DNA from: a virus
Direction: 5' to 3' (one strand)
DNA: 64,000 nt
IMG/VR virus record: IMGVR_UViG_3300046459_000427
Span: 1 to 64,000 of that record
The notes under the pieces are model-generated. The model was not told the origin of the DNA and searched no databases. It worked only from the letters and a program-made list of their open reading frames with translations. Of the stretch, positions 17,986 through 27,307 are shown piece after piece. Numbering within the stretch: the stretch's first letter is position 1; the number at the start of each line of letters is the position of its first letter. The position numbers were made by a program, and so were the translations under genes.

Positions 17986-18681
17986 TCACAGAGATGCAGG
18001 GTCGAACAGGTTGCCCACCCTGGGGTCCTTGATGACCGGAGTGAGCTTGCCCCTGCTCACCCAGGTGCCGATCGTGCTCTTGTCGACGCCCAGCCGGTCG
18101 GCGACCTCTTTCGTGGTGAGCAAGTCCTCCTGCTCGGGTGTCTCATCCACCCGCCGGGCCGCCAGAACCTCCGACAGCCGGTGGAAGGTGAGCGCCGCCA
18201 GGTGGGTACCCAGCGCGATACAGATGGTCGGGGCAGCCGACGCGAGGATCACATGCCCCCACGTCGTGGCGTCCGACGCTCCGGTGACCCCACCGGCCGC
18301 AGAGCCGTGGGCCACGTTGAGCAGCAGCGAGATGCCGGTGAGAAAGACCACCGTGCCGATCGCCCACCGGTATCCGGAGGAGCCGACCAGCGCCAGCGAG
18401 GCGACGACCGCAAGGCCGTCCAGACCGTCGATGACCAGGGGGTAGTACTGCCGCACCTCGTGCAGCCCGATCGAGTCAGCGGTGTCTCGCAGAGGCACCC
18501 AGCTCACTCTCATGCCGACCAGCGACACGAACGCCAGCGCCACCAGGATCAACGTGAACCCGATGGCCAGACCGGTCGTGTGCCAGGCCGACAGGGACTG
18601 AGCGGGCCGCGAGACAGGGACTTTCTCACCCTTGCTCGTCCGCCGCTCACGCCAGCTCTCGATAACCTTGGGAATGCCCAT
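17986..18681 (-). CDS. DUF2637-like membrane protein with C-terminal excisionase-type HTH
   Basis: 4 TM segments, YPLVIDG; LLTTKEVADRLGVDKSTI..WV..GKL. Confidence 0.7.
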   Translation of the reverse strand: MGIPKVIESWRERRTSKGEKVPVSRPAQSLSAWHTTGLAIGFTLILVALAFVSLVGMRVSWVPLRDTADSIGLHEVRQYYPLVIDGLDGLAVVASLALVGSSGYRWAIGTVVFLTGISLLLNVAHGSAAGGVTGASDATTWGHVILASAAPTICIALGTHLAALTFHRLSEVLAARRVDETPEQEDLLTTKEVADRLGVDKSTIGTWVSRGKLTPVIKDPRVGNLFDPASL

Positions 18682-18781
18682 GGAGAGACGCAACCTCTCG
18701 TATGTGGGACAGGTGTCCGGCTGGGTTGCCTCCCGGCCGGACACCCACATACCTAGGGCTAGGTATGAAGCCGGATGGTCT

Positions 18782-19147
18782 TCATCGACCGACCACCTCC
18801 ACGTTGACGGCGTTGCCCGAGGACGGGTGGATCGTGACGCTGCTGCTCGCGTGGATGTCCAGCCGGTGGTTCTCCGTCAGCCGCACCAGGAAGTACGTCC
18901 AGAACTTCTCGTGCTCCTGCTTGAATCGGAACTCCACCGTCGGGTTCCCCTGCTGCGGCTGCCGGTTCTCGCTGTAGGGGTCGATGACCACCGAGGCATC
19001 CTCCGGCCCCTCGTTCAGCAGGGCCCGCGCCCTGGCCAGCTCCTGCTCCAGCCGGACGATCTGCTCGCCCCTGTCCCGCAGGCCGTCCTTCACCCACTTC
19101 GGCAGACGCTCGAACCTCGGGTCCTCTTCGATCGGCGTGCTCATCAC
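18782..19147 (-). CDS. hypothetical protein
   Basis: RLPKWV, coiled coil; codon bias. Confidence 0.55.
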   Translation of the reverse strand: MMSTPIEEDPRFERLPKWVKDGLRDRGEQIVRLEQELARARALLNEGPEDASVVIDPYSENRQPQQGNPTVEFRFKQEHEKFWTYFLVRLTENHRLDIHASSSVTIHPSSGNAVNVEVVGR

Positions 19148-19615
19148 TTCTCCAGTTCGTCGATTCGGTCCAGCACGTACGCGCTGGCGTTGCCGCTGAT
19201 GCTTCCGTGGGACATGACCTCGTGGAGCACCGCCAGCTCGTACTCGTCGAGCAGCGGCTGCGTCGCTCCCAGCCGCCGCAGGACCCGACCCGCGCGGGTC
19301 TTCGCGTCGAGAGTCCTGGTCTTGGCCACTACCGCTGCCCGCCCTGCTCGACCGAAGCCGCGTAGGTATGAAGTCGCTTCACTGCTGCCTCCCTGTACTG
19401 TCGGGCCGGGCCCCGGCGGCCGTCCGCACTAGTCCTGCGGACGACCACCGGGGTTTCCTGCTAGCTGCGGTCGGCGCACTTCTCGCCGTTGGGGCACTCG
19501 CTCTTCGCGAAGCCGTCCCCGCACAGGCCCGGGTCGATACCGAGCCCTGCGCCCAGCTCACCGAACTCCAGCGGGCCTTCGTCGTGCACCCAGCGGTCGA
19601 CAGGGTTCTCGTACA

Positions 19616-20140
19616 TCACTTCACCGGCCAGCGGTACGCCGACAGGACGTTCCGGGAAGAGACGCCCCAGTGCTCGTCCTCCTCGTAGCCGGGCAGCTTG
19701 CCGATCGCCTTCCGGCGCAGCGCGTCGCAGAAGCTGTGCGCCTCGGACTTCTCCCACTCGGGGTGCTCGCACGCCTGGTACTCGAAGCCGTCGATCGCCT
19801 TGAGCACCGCGACGGGGTTCGGGACGCCCGGCAGCGACTGGAAGACGTAGGGCTGCTCCCACTCCTCCTCGGCGTACCGGTGGTCGACCGAGCGCCGGTT
19901 CTCCGCCAGGAGCATCGCGCCGACGTAACCGGCGTTCTCCCGGGTCAGGTGACGCACGACCCGTCCGTACATCATGTGCGCCTCCGGCCCCCACGGCTGG
20001 CCCTTGGAGTACACCCGGTTCTGCTCCTCCACGGTCAGCTCACGAACCTGCCAGCGGAGACGGCTGAGACCGATCGAGTACGACAGCCCCGCGTTGACCA
20101 GCAGGTGGATGTGCTCGTCGTCGACCATGTAGGCACTCAC
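19616..20140 (-). CDS. conserved hypothetical phage protein
   Basis: SAYMV..EHIHLLV...AVLKAIDGFEYQACEHPEW; promoter upstream. Confidence 0.65.
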   Translation of the reverse strand: MSAYMVDDEHIHLLVNAGLSYSIGLSRLRWQVRELTVEEQNRVYSKGQPWGPEAHMMYGRVVRHLTRENAGYVGAMLLAENRRSVDHRYAEEEWEQPYVFQSLPGVPNPVAVLKAIDGFEYQACEHPEWEKSEAHSFCDALRRKAIGKLPGYEEDEHWGVSSRNVLSAYRWPVK

Positions 20141-20198
20141 ATGACCCCTCACACTTTCTCTACGGCTTCGTACTTACGACTTCCGAAGCAGTAAGAGG

Positions 20199-20228
20199 AA
20201 TCTATCGCTAGTTGCTACGCCTCGTCAA
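20199..20228 (-). promoter_or_regulatory. promoter TTGACG-N18-TAGATT
   Basis: minus-strand consensus match. Confidence 0.65.
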
Positions 20229-20308
20229 GCCGTATCGGCATACGACTTTCCAAGCATGAAGAAGGCCCCCACCCAGTCACCCGGGCAGGGGCCTCCAACA
20301 GCCAGACA

Positions 20309-20710
20309 TCAGCCGTACTGCTGCGTGCACTCCAGCTTGATCGAGGGTGCGTAGGCCGCGATGGCGTCCACCGCCGTCGTGTGCACGCCCTGGGCCAACT
20401 CACGGGCGCCCAGGTCCGCGTGCTCCTTGTAGACGTCCCACATCGGCGTCCCATCCGCCTTCACACCGAAGGCTGCGAACTGCTCCTCGGTCTCGACCCC
20501 GGACGGCTTCCCCAGGGCCGCGTTGAAGGTCAGGTCCAACGCCTTGATCACCTCGGAGAAGCACTTCGCCGCATCCCCGCTGCGCCCCTGTGACGCGCTC
20601 GCCTTCGGGCTCGCCGCAGTCTTCGAGTCGTCTCCACCACCGCACCCGACAGCCGCGAACGCCAGCACTGCGACCGCCAGGAACACTCTCTTGCTCACTA
20701 CGCCCCCCAT
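20309..20710 (-). CDS. lipoprotein
   Basis: KRVFLAVAVLAFAAVGC lipobox. Confidence 0.65.
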   Translation of the reverse strand: MGGVVSKRVFLAVAVLAFAAVGCGGGDDSKTAASPKASASQGRSGDAAKCFSEVIKALDLTFNAALGKPSGVETEEQFAAFGVKADGTPMWDVYKEHADLGARELAQGVHTTAVDAIAAYAPSIKLECTQQYG

Positions 20711-20715
20711 GTTGA

Positions 20716-21165
20716 TCAACCGACCAGTGACCTTACGAACTTCGTGAACGCCGACTGCGCAGCGCGCTTCGCCGACTCGACGCCGGTCGACTCTCCTCCG
20801 GCGTCTACCAAGTCGAGCGAGTAGTGACAGCTCCCGCCCCACGTATCCGCCAGGTGCACGACGGTAGCGACTGTCATCCCGTTGACTTTGCCGACCCAGC
20901 GCTCCCCCTTCGGGTACGTCTCGTCCTGCCCCCACTCGATCCGCTGCACCTTGACGGGAGGCACCTTCTTCGGCATGGACGGACCGGAGTCGATGACGAT
21001 ACGGAGGGTGCGCGGGTTGAGCAGCAGGTTCTCCACGGCCTGCTTCACCTCCGCCACGGACCCCACCGTCTGCCGACTCTCGTACGACTTCCCGCCTGCT
21101 CCGGCTTCCTCGGCGGTGTACCGAAGGACGATCTTCTCCATGTCAGTTCCCTGCCCTCTCGCCAC
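20716..21165 (-). CDS. hypothetical protein
   Basis: codon bias. Confidence 0.45.
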   Translation of the reverse strand: MARGQGTDMEKIVLRYTAEEAGAGGKSYESRQTVGSVAEVKQAVENLLLNPRTLRIVIDSGPSMPKKVPPVKVQRIEWGQDETYPKGERWVGKVNGMTVATVVHLADTWGGSCHYSLDLVDAGGESTGVESAKRAAQSAFTKFVRSLVG

Positions 21166-21877
21166 GTGAAATTCGAAGAATCATCCGGCTCGCATCGTCC
21201 GGGTAAAGGATCAGCGCGCCGGAGGCGTCGATCTCCAGGTCCCCGTTGTCGCGCGACGTCACGGTGAACTCGTCGTCCTGGCGGCCGTCGTCCCGAGTAA
21301 CTGGGAACTTGACCACCGACGACTGCTCCCGCGTCCGCACGGCCCCGTTGGCCTTGTCGACCCAGTCCTGGCAGACCTTACGCAGCCACTCCGGCGCCTC
21401 GCTGTACTCGCCCAGCGGGTCCACGAAGGGCAGCGGGTAGTTCCGCTTCGTGACGACCTTGCCCTCCTTGACCTTCTGGCCGAACACGTTGACCACCCCG
21501 ACCGTCCAGACCCCGTCGGCGACGCCGATCCCCAGGGTGACGCCCACCGGCCGTAGCGCGCCCCCCGGTTGATCCGGGTGCACCGTGTCCGGCGCTCCGA
21601 CCACGTCCAGGTGGAGCTGCCACATCGAGCTGTCCTGGACCGTGTAACGCACCCTCGACGGCTCTTCGATCTTCGGCTCCTCGATCTTCGGCTCTTCCAC
21701 CGGCCCCGGCCCCTTCCCCTGCATGTACCACTTCCCGTTCCGCCGGTACGCGGACCCGGCCCTCTCCATCGCGCGCAGCGTGGCCCCGTGGACATTGACC
21801 AGCTCTCCGTCCGGGCGCTTCTCCGCAGCCATGAAGGCCGTCATCCAGTGCGTCTCCTTGGACACCGTGCCAGTCAT
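21143..21877 (-). CDS. hypothetical protein
   Basis: GGAGG RBS; EEPKIEEPKIEEP repeat. Confidence 0.55.
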   Translation of the reverse strand: MTGTVSKETHWMTAFMAAEKRPDGELVNVHGATLRAMERAGSAYRRNGKWYMQGKGPGPVEEPKIEEPKIEEPSRVRYTVQDSSMWQLHLDVVGAPDTVHPDQPGGALRPVGVTLGIGVADGVWTVGVVNVFGQKVKEGKVVTKRNYPLPFVDPLGEYSEAPEWLRKVCQDWVDKANGAVRTREQSSVVKFPVTRDDGRQDDEFTVTSRDNGDLEIDASGALILYPDDASRMILRISRGERAGN

Positions 21878-22440
21878 CGCCAAACCCTCCGGGAGATCTC
21901 CTTCTCCAGCACCGCGACCAGCCACTCGGGCCCCTCGAACTCGCCGTCGTCCAGCGGGCCCGAGTACATGCGCTCGCCCCAGCGTTCGCCGACCGTGTTG
22001 TCCTTGCGGTACAGGCGACCCTTCACGATGACCGAGCCGACCGCCCAGTTCTCGTTCTCCAGGCTCACACTGACCCACACCTGCTGGGGCCAGATCTCCT
22101 GCGAGGAGTTGACGACCAAGCGCTCGCCCTCCTCCGACTCCACAGGCAGCCACATGGTGACCGTGCCTTCGACCTGGAACTCCCCGTCGTCCTTCAAACG
22201 AGCCATCGTCAAACCCTCCCCGCCGTTTTTAAATCGCGGAAATGTATCCCGACCGAGATGCTCCGCGCTTCGCGCTCCGGCCGCCTTCGGGTGCTCCGCC
22301 CCGTCGCTCTTGCCCGGCCACTCGTGGTTCTGCGGCTGGCCGCACCAGCACACCTCGCGGGAGCCCAGTGTCTCCTGCGGAGCCCACGCCAGGTCACGCT
22401 GCCGGACCAGGTTCTGGTCGTTGACCCGGGACCAGTTCAT
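21874..22440 (-). CDS. hypothetical protein (alternative start at 22206)
   Basis: codon bias; internal RBS GGGGAGGG before 22206. Confidence 0.45.
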   Translation of the reverse strand: MNWSRVNDQNLVRQRDLAWAPQETLGSREVCWCGQPQNHEWPGKSDGAEHPKAAGARSAEHLGRDTFPRFKNGGEGLTMARLKDDGEFQVEGTVTMWLPVESEEGERLVVNSSQEIWPQQVWVSVSLENENWAVGSVIVKGRLYRKDNTVGERWGERMYSGPLDDGEFEGPEWLVAVLEKEISRRVWR

Positions 22441-22676
22441 CCCAGCGCCCGCCACTTACGGATCTCCCGCTGGATCTTCTTGATGGCCGGGGAGCCCAGG
22501 TCCTCGCCCATGTCGATGCCCCGGCCGTCGTCCAGCACCGACTTCTCCATGCGGTCCCAGACGTCTTCCCAGTCGATGCGGCCTTCGTCGTACCAGCCCT
22601 CGACGATGCCCTGGACGATCTCCAGCACTTCCTCGGTGACGTCCTCGGCCGTCCGTACCTCGAAGTCGTTAGCCAT
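22437..22676 (-). CDS. acidic small hypothetical protein
   Basis: first gene after promoter 22713-22741. Confidence 0.65.
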   Translation of the reverse strand: MANDFEVRTAEDVTEEVLEIVQGIVEGWYDEGRIDWEDVWDRMEKSVLDDGRGIDMGEDLGSPAIKKIQREIRKWRALG

Positions 22677-22712
22677 CCCAACTCCCTTTCCGTGCTTCTC
22701 AATTACGGGATA

Positions 22713-22741
22713 AGACTATCCGCTACCCGACCCCATGTCAA
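22713..22741 (-). promoter_or_regulatory. promoter TTGACA-N17-TAGTCT
   Basis: consensus match; back-to-back with plus-strand promoter TTGCCG-N17-TAGTCT at 22765-22793. Confidence 0.7.
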
Positions 22742-22799
22742 CCACTTTCGCGGAACAACTTGCATTGCCGGAACCACCGAGTCCGCTTAGTCTGCAAAC

Positions 22800-22991
22800 A
22801 TGCGAAACCTCACCGACGCCCTGATGTGGCGTGGCACCCGCGCGGCTGCGCTCACCGAAGCCAGGAAGCTGACGGCGTCCGCCCGCCGCATGGGCTACGA
22901 CATCGTGGTCCGGGGCACCGTGCGTCGGTACGGCAACTCCACATATGAGGAACGTCCCTACGGCGTCTTCCTCAACCCCCGCGACTCCTGA
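22800..22991 (+). CDS. small basic protein, probably leaderless
   Basis: ATG 6 nt after the -10 TAGTCT; no SD. Confidence 0.6.
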   Translation: MRNLTDALMWRGTRAAALTEARKLTASARRMGYDIVVRGTVRRYGNSTYEERPYGVFLNPRDS

Positions 22992-23870
22992 TCCTCCCAC
23001 TCCCCGGCGCCCCCATCCCCCAATTCCCCGAATCCCCCGGCCACTGTGACACTGTCCGATTCCTACAATCGGTGCGCTGCGCGGCTGTCCGGGCCACCTA
23101 GGTCTGGATTTTATTCATTTAAGGGTGGGGGGGTGCATATTTATACATTTGCCGAGCACACTTGACAGCCCTTTGTCAACACGGACACATCGGGCAGCCC
23201 CTAGGTATCGCGCTTCTGACCAGTATCTGCACCCTTCACCCCTGGAGTGAGCTACATCACATCAGGGCGCAGCGTGGCCCTATGCACATGCTGACGGATC
23301 TGTCAATGAGCAATATCACTGCATAGCTATTCAGCGTTATTCACTCGCGGCCACTGCCCTATTTCCCGAATTGCGCCCCTGTCATCATGCCCCGGACATG
23401 GGAGAGGTGGGCGCGGCTGTAGCAACTCGACAACCGGGGGCCGTGCAATCACCCGTAATGGTGGTGCGCGGTCGCATGGCGTGCGGTCGCATGGCTAGAG
23501 GGGTTGACGTAGTGCTGTCTCATGTGCTGATAGCAGCGGTGGGGAGCCTTCCCCCGGCCCGCGATCCTGGCCCCGTGGTGGCAGGCTGGATGCATGAGCG
23601 TTGGCATGTCGTGGGGTGCCATAGGGCACGGGCAGGCGTGGGGAGAGTTCCCTACGGTGGATGAGTGCGCACGGGCCTTGAATGGCTCTCTACGGCGCGA
23701 ACTTCGCAGACTGCCACCCGGTCACCGGGGATGCCTGCTGAAAGCCTCTGTGCACGCGCTGCGCGTCGGCATGTGCGGGGAGGGGCTGCACGCTGTGGCC
23801 CGGGGCCGAGAGTGGCACGGAGAGCAGGGGGGTGTGTGGGTTGGTCTGTATCCCAGGGGTGGACACAAAC
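22992..23870. other. long non-coding region (candidate genome terminus or origin)
   Basis: no biased ORF, AT-rich patch ~23105-23150, C/G tracts, palindromes. Confidence 0.5.
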
Positions 23871-23874
23871 ACGA

Positions 23875-23918
23875 GAAAGCCCCTCACCGGCCCGAGATTG
23901 GGCGGTGAGGGGCTTTCG
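23875..23918 (-). terminator. intrinsic terminator, repeated hairpin family
   Basis: GAAAGCCCCTCACCG...CGGTGAGGGGCTTTC. Confidence 0.7.
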
Positions 23919-23932
23919 TGGCCCGGGTGGGC

Positions 23933-24430
23933 CTAGCGGACGTCTACGGGGTGCGCGGCCTCGTACGCGGCACGCAGGGCCTTAAAGGCGGCCCACACTT
24001 CGGCGCCGTTGGTCTGGGGGCCGATGCCGTGGCCGTTGCTGGCCGAAATGGCGGTGTTGCACAGGAACGACTCTCCCCGGCGGTGTGCGCGGTGCGCGTC
24101 CATGTCGGCGCGGCTGATCACGTAGCCGCAGCGTCCGCGACCCTTGGGCAGGTCCTCGCGGCACTCCCACCCGGTAATTTCGTCACCTTCGATGACCGGG
24201 CGCAGCGTGGTGGACGTGAGCCACGTGTGGGCGGGGTCATATCCGTTCGCTTCGCACTGCGCGGCGCTGTAGCTGTGGCGGTGGGCGTGCAGTCCGGCGG
24301 CCGATGCGTTGGCCATGCTGCACCGCTCGCAGGTGGAGAAGTAGCCGCCGCGCGGGGGCTCGCTGTCGTACGCGGCGTCACGGGTGCAGTTGGGGGTAAG
24401 GCACTGCGGGGCGGTCGTGGTGGTGTTCAT
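23933..24430 (-). CDS. Cys/His-rich hypothetical protein
   Basis: CCCCACACCAGGAGG before ATG. Confidence 0.6.
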   Translation of the reverse strand: MNTTTTAPQCLTPNCTRDAAYDSEPPRGGYFSTCERCSMANASAAGLHAHRHSYSAAQCEANGYDPAHTWLTSTTLRPVIEGDEITGWECREDLPKGRGRCGYVISRADMDAHRAHRRGESFLCNTAISASNGHGIGPQTNGAEVWAAFKALRAAYEAAHPVDVR

Positions 24431-24482
24431 GTCGGGTGACCTCCTGGTGTGGGGTGAGTGGTGGGCAGTGTAGGGCGTGTGG

Positions 24483-24815
24483 TCAGTGCTGGGGTCGGCG
24501 GATCATCGTTTCCTGTGTGCCGTAGTCGCGGGTGCGTCCCTTGTTGGGCGCGAATCCAAACCGGGCATAGAACCGGCGCAGTCGGGCCACGCTGCCCCCA
24601 AAATCGGCGCTGGGCGTGGTGGCCAGGTTGCGCCCGTACGCGTCGGCGTAGGCGGTCAGTTCGGCCATGACGGCGGAGCCGGTGCCCGCGTTGCGCTCAC
24701 CCTTGGGGACGGTCAGCCGGGACAGGATCACGAACTCCGCCGCGTTCGTTTCGAGCGAGACGCGGACGCCGGGGAAGGTGTCGGCGATGTGCTGGGCGAG
24801 GGTGTCGACGCTCAC
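24483..24815 (-). CDS. GNAT-family acetyltransferase
   Basis: LSRLTVPKGERNAGTGSAVM...RRFYARFGF. Confidence 0.8.
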   Translation of the reverse strand: MSVDTLAQHIADTFPGVRVSLETNAAEFVILSRLTVPKGERNAGTGSAVMAELTAYADAYGRNLATTPSADFGGSVARLRRFYARFGFAPNKGRTRDYGTQETMIRRPQH

Positions 24816-24858
24816 GGGGGGGGGGCCTCCTGGTGTGGGGCGGGTGGTGGTGTAGGGC

Positions 24859-25200
24859 TTAGGCGCGGGCGGCGGTGCCGTCTTCGCGGCCCAGGGTGAG
24901 GGAGTTGGACAGCTCGGGGCGGTAGGCCAGTGCGCGGCGCAGGTCGGCGAGGAACGGCGTACGTTCGAACGCGGCCCCGTCGGTGTAGGCGTCCACGGCG
25001 CCGAGCATGTAGGCGACGGCCTGGCGTCCCTCGTTCCGCGCGGACTCCCAAGAGAGCTGCCGGGCGGTGGGGGACGCGGCGAGGATCGCGCGGTATCCGG
25101 TGCCGTTGCTGCCGGTGCCGACCTTGACGGACACGCGCTCTTCGGTGAGTGCGCCCAGGTGGGCGGCGACCATGGCGGCGGTGGTGTGGGTGACGCGCAT
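24859..25200 (-). CDS. hypothetical protein
   Basis: CAGGAGG RBS. Confidence 0.55.
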   Translation of the reverse strand: MRVTHTTAAMVAAHLGALTEERVSVKVGTGSNGTGYRAILAASPTARQLSWESARNEGRQAVAYMLGAVDAYTDGAAFERTPFLADLRRALAYRPELSNSLTLGREDGTAARA

Positions 25201-25268
25201 TGGGGGTGTCCTCCTGTGGTGGGAGGGGGCCGGAGCGTTTCCCCGGCCCCGGGAACGTGGGGCGGGTG

Positions 25269-26012
25269 CTACTCGGCGAGACCCTGCGCGGCGTGCATCT
25301 TCGCCGCCTGCTTGAGCGTGGCGCGGTACTCGGCGAGCGTGGCCGGGCGGACCGCTTCGAAGTCGCGGGCCCACTTCGGGAGTACGGCGACCTTCTGATC
25401 CTGGAAGACGCCACCGGCCGCAATCATGGCGTGATTCTGGCCGCGCGTCTCCGTGGCCAGCGCCTTACGGGCGAGCGGGGAGAACATCAGCGAATGCTTG
25501 CGGTACGCGGCCTCTTCGCCGTGGCGGTCGACGCCGCGCCCGGTGCCAGCGTGGCCGAAGACGTCGTGCACGGCGCGGAACATGTCGTTTTCGTCGTCGG
25601 AGAAGAAGAAGTGAGAGCCGGTAACGGCGGTGGCCAGGACGCGCATGCGGCCATTGGCGACGTCGTCGAAGAAAGCGCGGGTGCCCTGCGCGTTCATGTC
25701 GTAGGGGTCGGCCTCCTCGACGCTCACGGCGATGCCGAGGCCGCCACGCGACGCGGGGGCGGTCATGTAGTCAAACTGGCGCTTGACCTCCTGGCCCATG
25801 GCCTTCCACGCGGCCGGGGCGGCGTTGTCGATGAACGGGAGAGCGTTGTACGCCTCCGCCACCTTGGCGACGGCCGAGGGGGCGACGACTACGCGGGAGT
25901 AGTCCCAGTGGTCGCGGGTGGTGAGACCGTGGCGGGCGTTGAAGCGGCGCGCACCTTCGGCGACGGCGACGACGGGCGAGAGGGACAGGGCGGGGATGTT
26001 GGCGGTACGCAC
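25269..26012 (-). CDS. HDxxGH metallo-enzyme-like domain (FRAVHDVFGH...GEE...TETRGQN)
   Basis: motif set I recall from large phage/polyvalent proteins; extended RBS. Confidence 0.6.
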   Translation of the reverse strand: MRTANIPALSLSPVVAVAEGARRFNARHGLTTRDHWDYSRVVVAPSAVAKVAEAYNALPFIDNAAPAAWKAMGQEVKRQFDYMTAPASRGGLGIAVSVEEADPYDMNAQGTRAFFDDVANGRMRVLATAVTGSHFFFSDDENDMFRAVHDVFGHAGTGRGVDRHGEEAAYRKHSLMFSPLARKALATETRGQNHAMIAAGGVFQDQKVAVLPKWARDFEAVRPATLAEYRATLKQAAKMHAAQGLAE

Positions 26013-26144
26013 GGGGGGCCTCCTGGTGTGGGGCGGTTGATGTGTTGTTGTGTTCCCAACCTATCCCCGATTACGGCTTGTAAAGCCATTTTCGGGGATA
26101 GGTAGACAAGTCTTTATAAAGCTGTGACCTAGGGCCGACAGGGC

Positions 26145-27110
26145 CTAGCGGGTGGTGGACGCGTCGCGGTAGTGCGGCACGGCGTCCGCGTCGGCCAGGA
26201 AGGCGGCGACGCGGGCGGGGTCACCGTTGGGGACGTGGGCGTAATTGATGCGATCCCCGCTCGCCGTGGTGACCCACACGGTCACGGGCGCCGGGACGGG
26301 TGCCAGCAGGGCCAGCAGCTCGGCCGTGGTGACCACGGGCAGCGGGAGGCCGGAGAGCGCCGCAGGGGCGTCCTGGGCCGTCTCGGCGGCCGGGGCGGGT
26401 GCGCCTGCCACGTGCACGACGGTGCGCACGTCGGTCCAGTTGCGGCCGACCGTGCCGAAGTGCTCCGGCGTCCGGTCAATGCGGATCACTTCACCCGCGC
26501 CGACCGTGTCGACGATGCCCCGGCAGTACCGTTCGGCGGAACCGTCGGTGTGGCGGAACCCGGCATCGGCGTACGGGCCCCACACGCTCCCGGTGTGGTC
26601 GCGGTAGCTCCAAAGGGTGCGGTACTCATCCGCCCAGACGTAACCGGTCGCGTACTGGCGAACCCAGGGGTTCACATCGGCGCTGGTCTTGATGCCCGTG
26701 GGCATGTCGCCCGCATAGATCGTCTCGGTACCGAGGAAGACATAAAGGCGGGTGCCGCCCGCTTCAACGTGCGCCGTGACGTGCTTACCGGCCAGCCACA
26801 GGGGGGAAGCGTCACGCCAGCCCCGCGCGCCTTCCTCGGCCGGGGCGTACTGGCCGACGGCCGGGCGCTCCGGTGCCGGGTGCGTGATGGAGAGGAAGCG
26901 GCACCCGTTCGCGTCGTCCCACCCCTGGTAGTCGCCGTGGGTGTCGACGTAGCGAATGCAGCGGAGGCAGAAGCGGCGTTCGGCCGCATCCTCGAAGCCG
27001 AGGTAACGGGCGACGATGCCGCCGCAGACGCTTTCGTCGTTGCCGGTGCTGTAGTGCACCGCCGCGCCCTTGCCGACCTGTGCGAGCTGGTATCCGTGCT
27101 GCGTGTCCAT
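26145..27110 (-). CDS. hypothetical multi-domain protein
   Basis: AAGGAG RBS, promoter 27145-27173. Confidence 0.55.
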   Translation of the reverse strand: MDTQHGYQLAQVGKGAAVHYSTGNDESVCGGIVARYLGFEDAAERRFCLRCIRYVDTHGDYQGWDDANGCRFLSITHPAPERPAVGQYAPAEEGARGWRDASPLWLAGKHVTAHVEAGGTRLYVFLGTETIYAGDMPTGIKTSADVNPWVRQYATGYVWADEYRTLWSYRDHTGSVWGPYADAGFRHTDGSAERYCRGIVDTVGAGEVIRIDRTPEHFGTVGRNWTDVRTVVHVAGAPAPAAETAQDAPAALSGLPLPVVTTAELLALLAPVPAPVTVWVTTASGDRINYAHVPNGDPARVAAFLADADAVPHYRDASTTR

Positions 27111-27307
27111 GTCGTGCGCTCCTTCGTGTGTGGTGGGAGGGCTGATCTTTCCGAAGGGGGAAGGGCCTGTCAAGCCCTTTCACCCCCTCGCTTTACAAGA
27201 CGTTATGAACCTGTGACCGGCGGCCGGGGCGGGGCGTGGTCCCATGGACCCCGAAGGGGCCCCCACCGGCCAGCGGGACGCGGTGGGGGCCTTTGGCATG
27301 CCCGGGG

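Noticed and set aside
17986-18681. Integrative element suggested by the DUF2637/excisionase-like gene
   Set aside because: No integrase, att site or transfer gene recognised in the window
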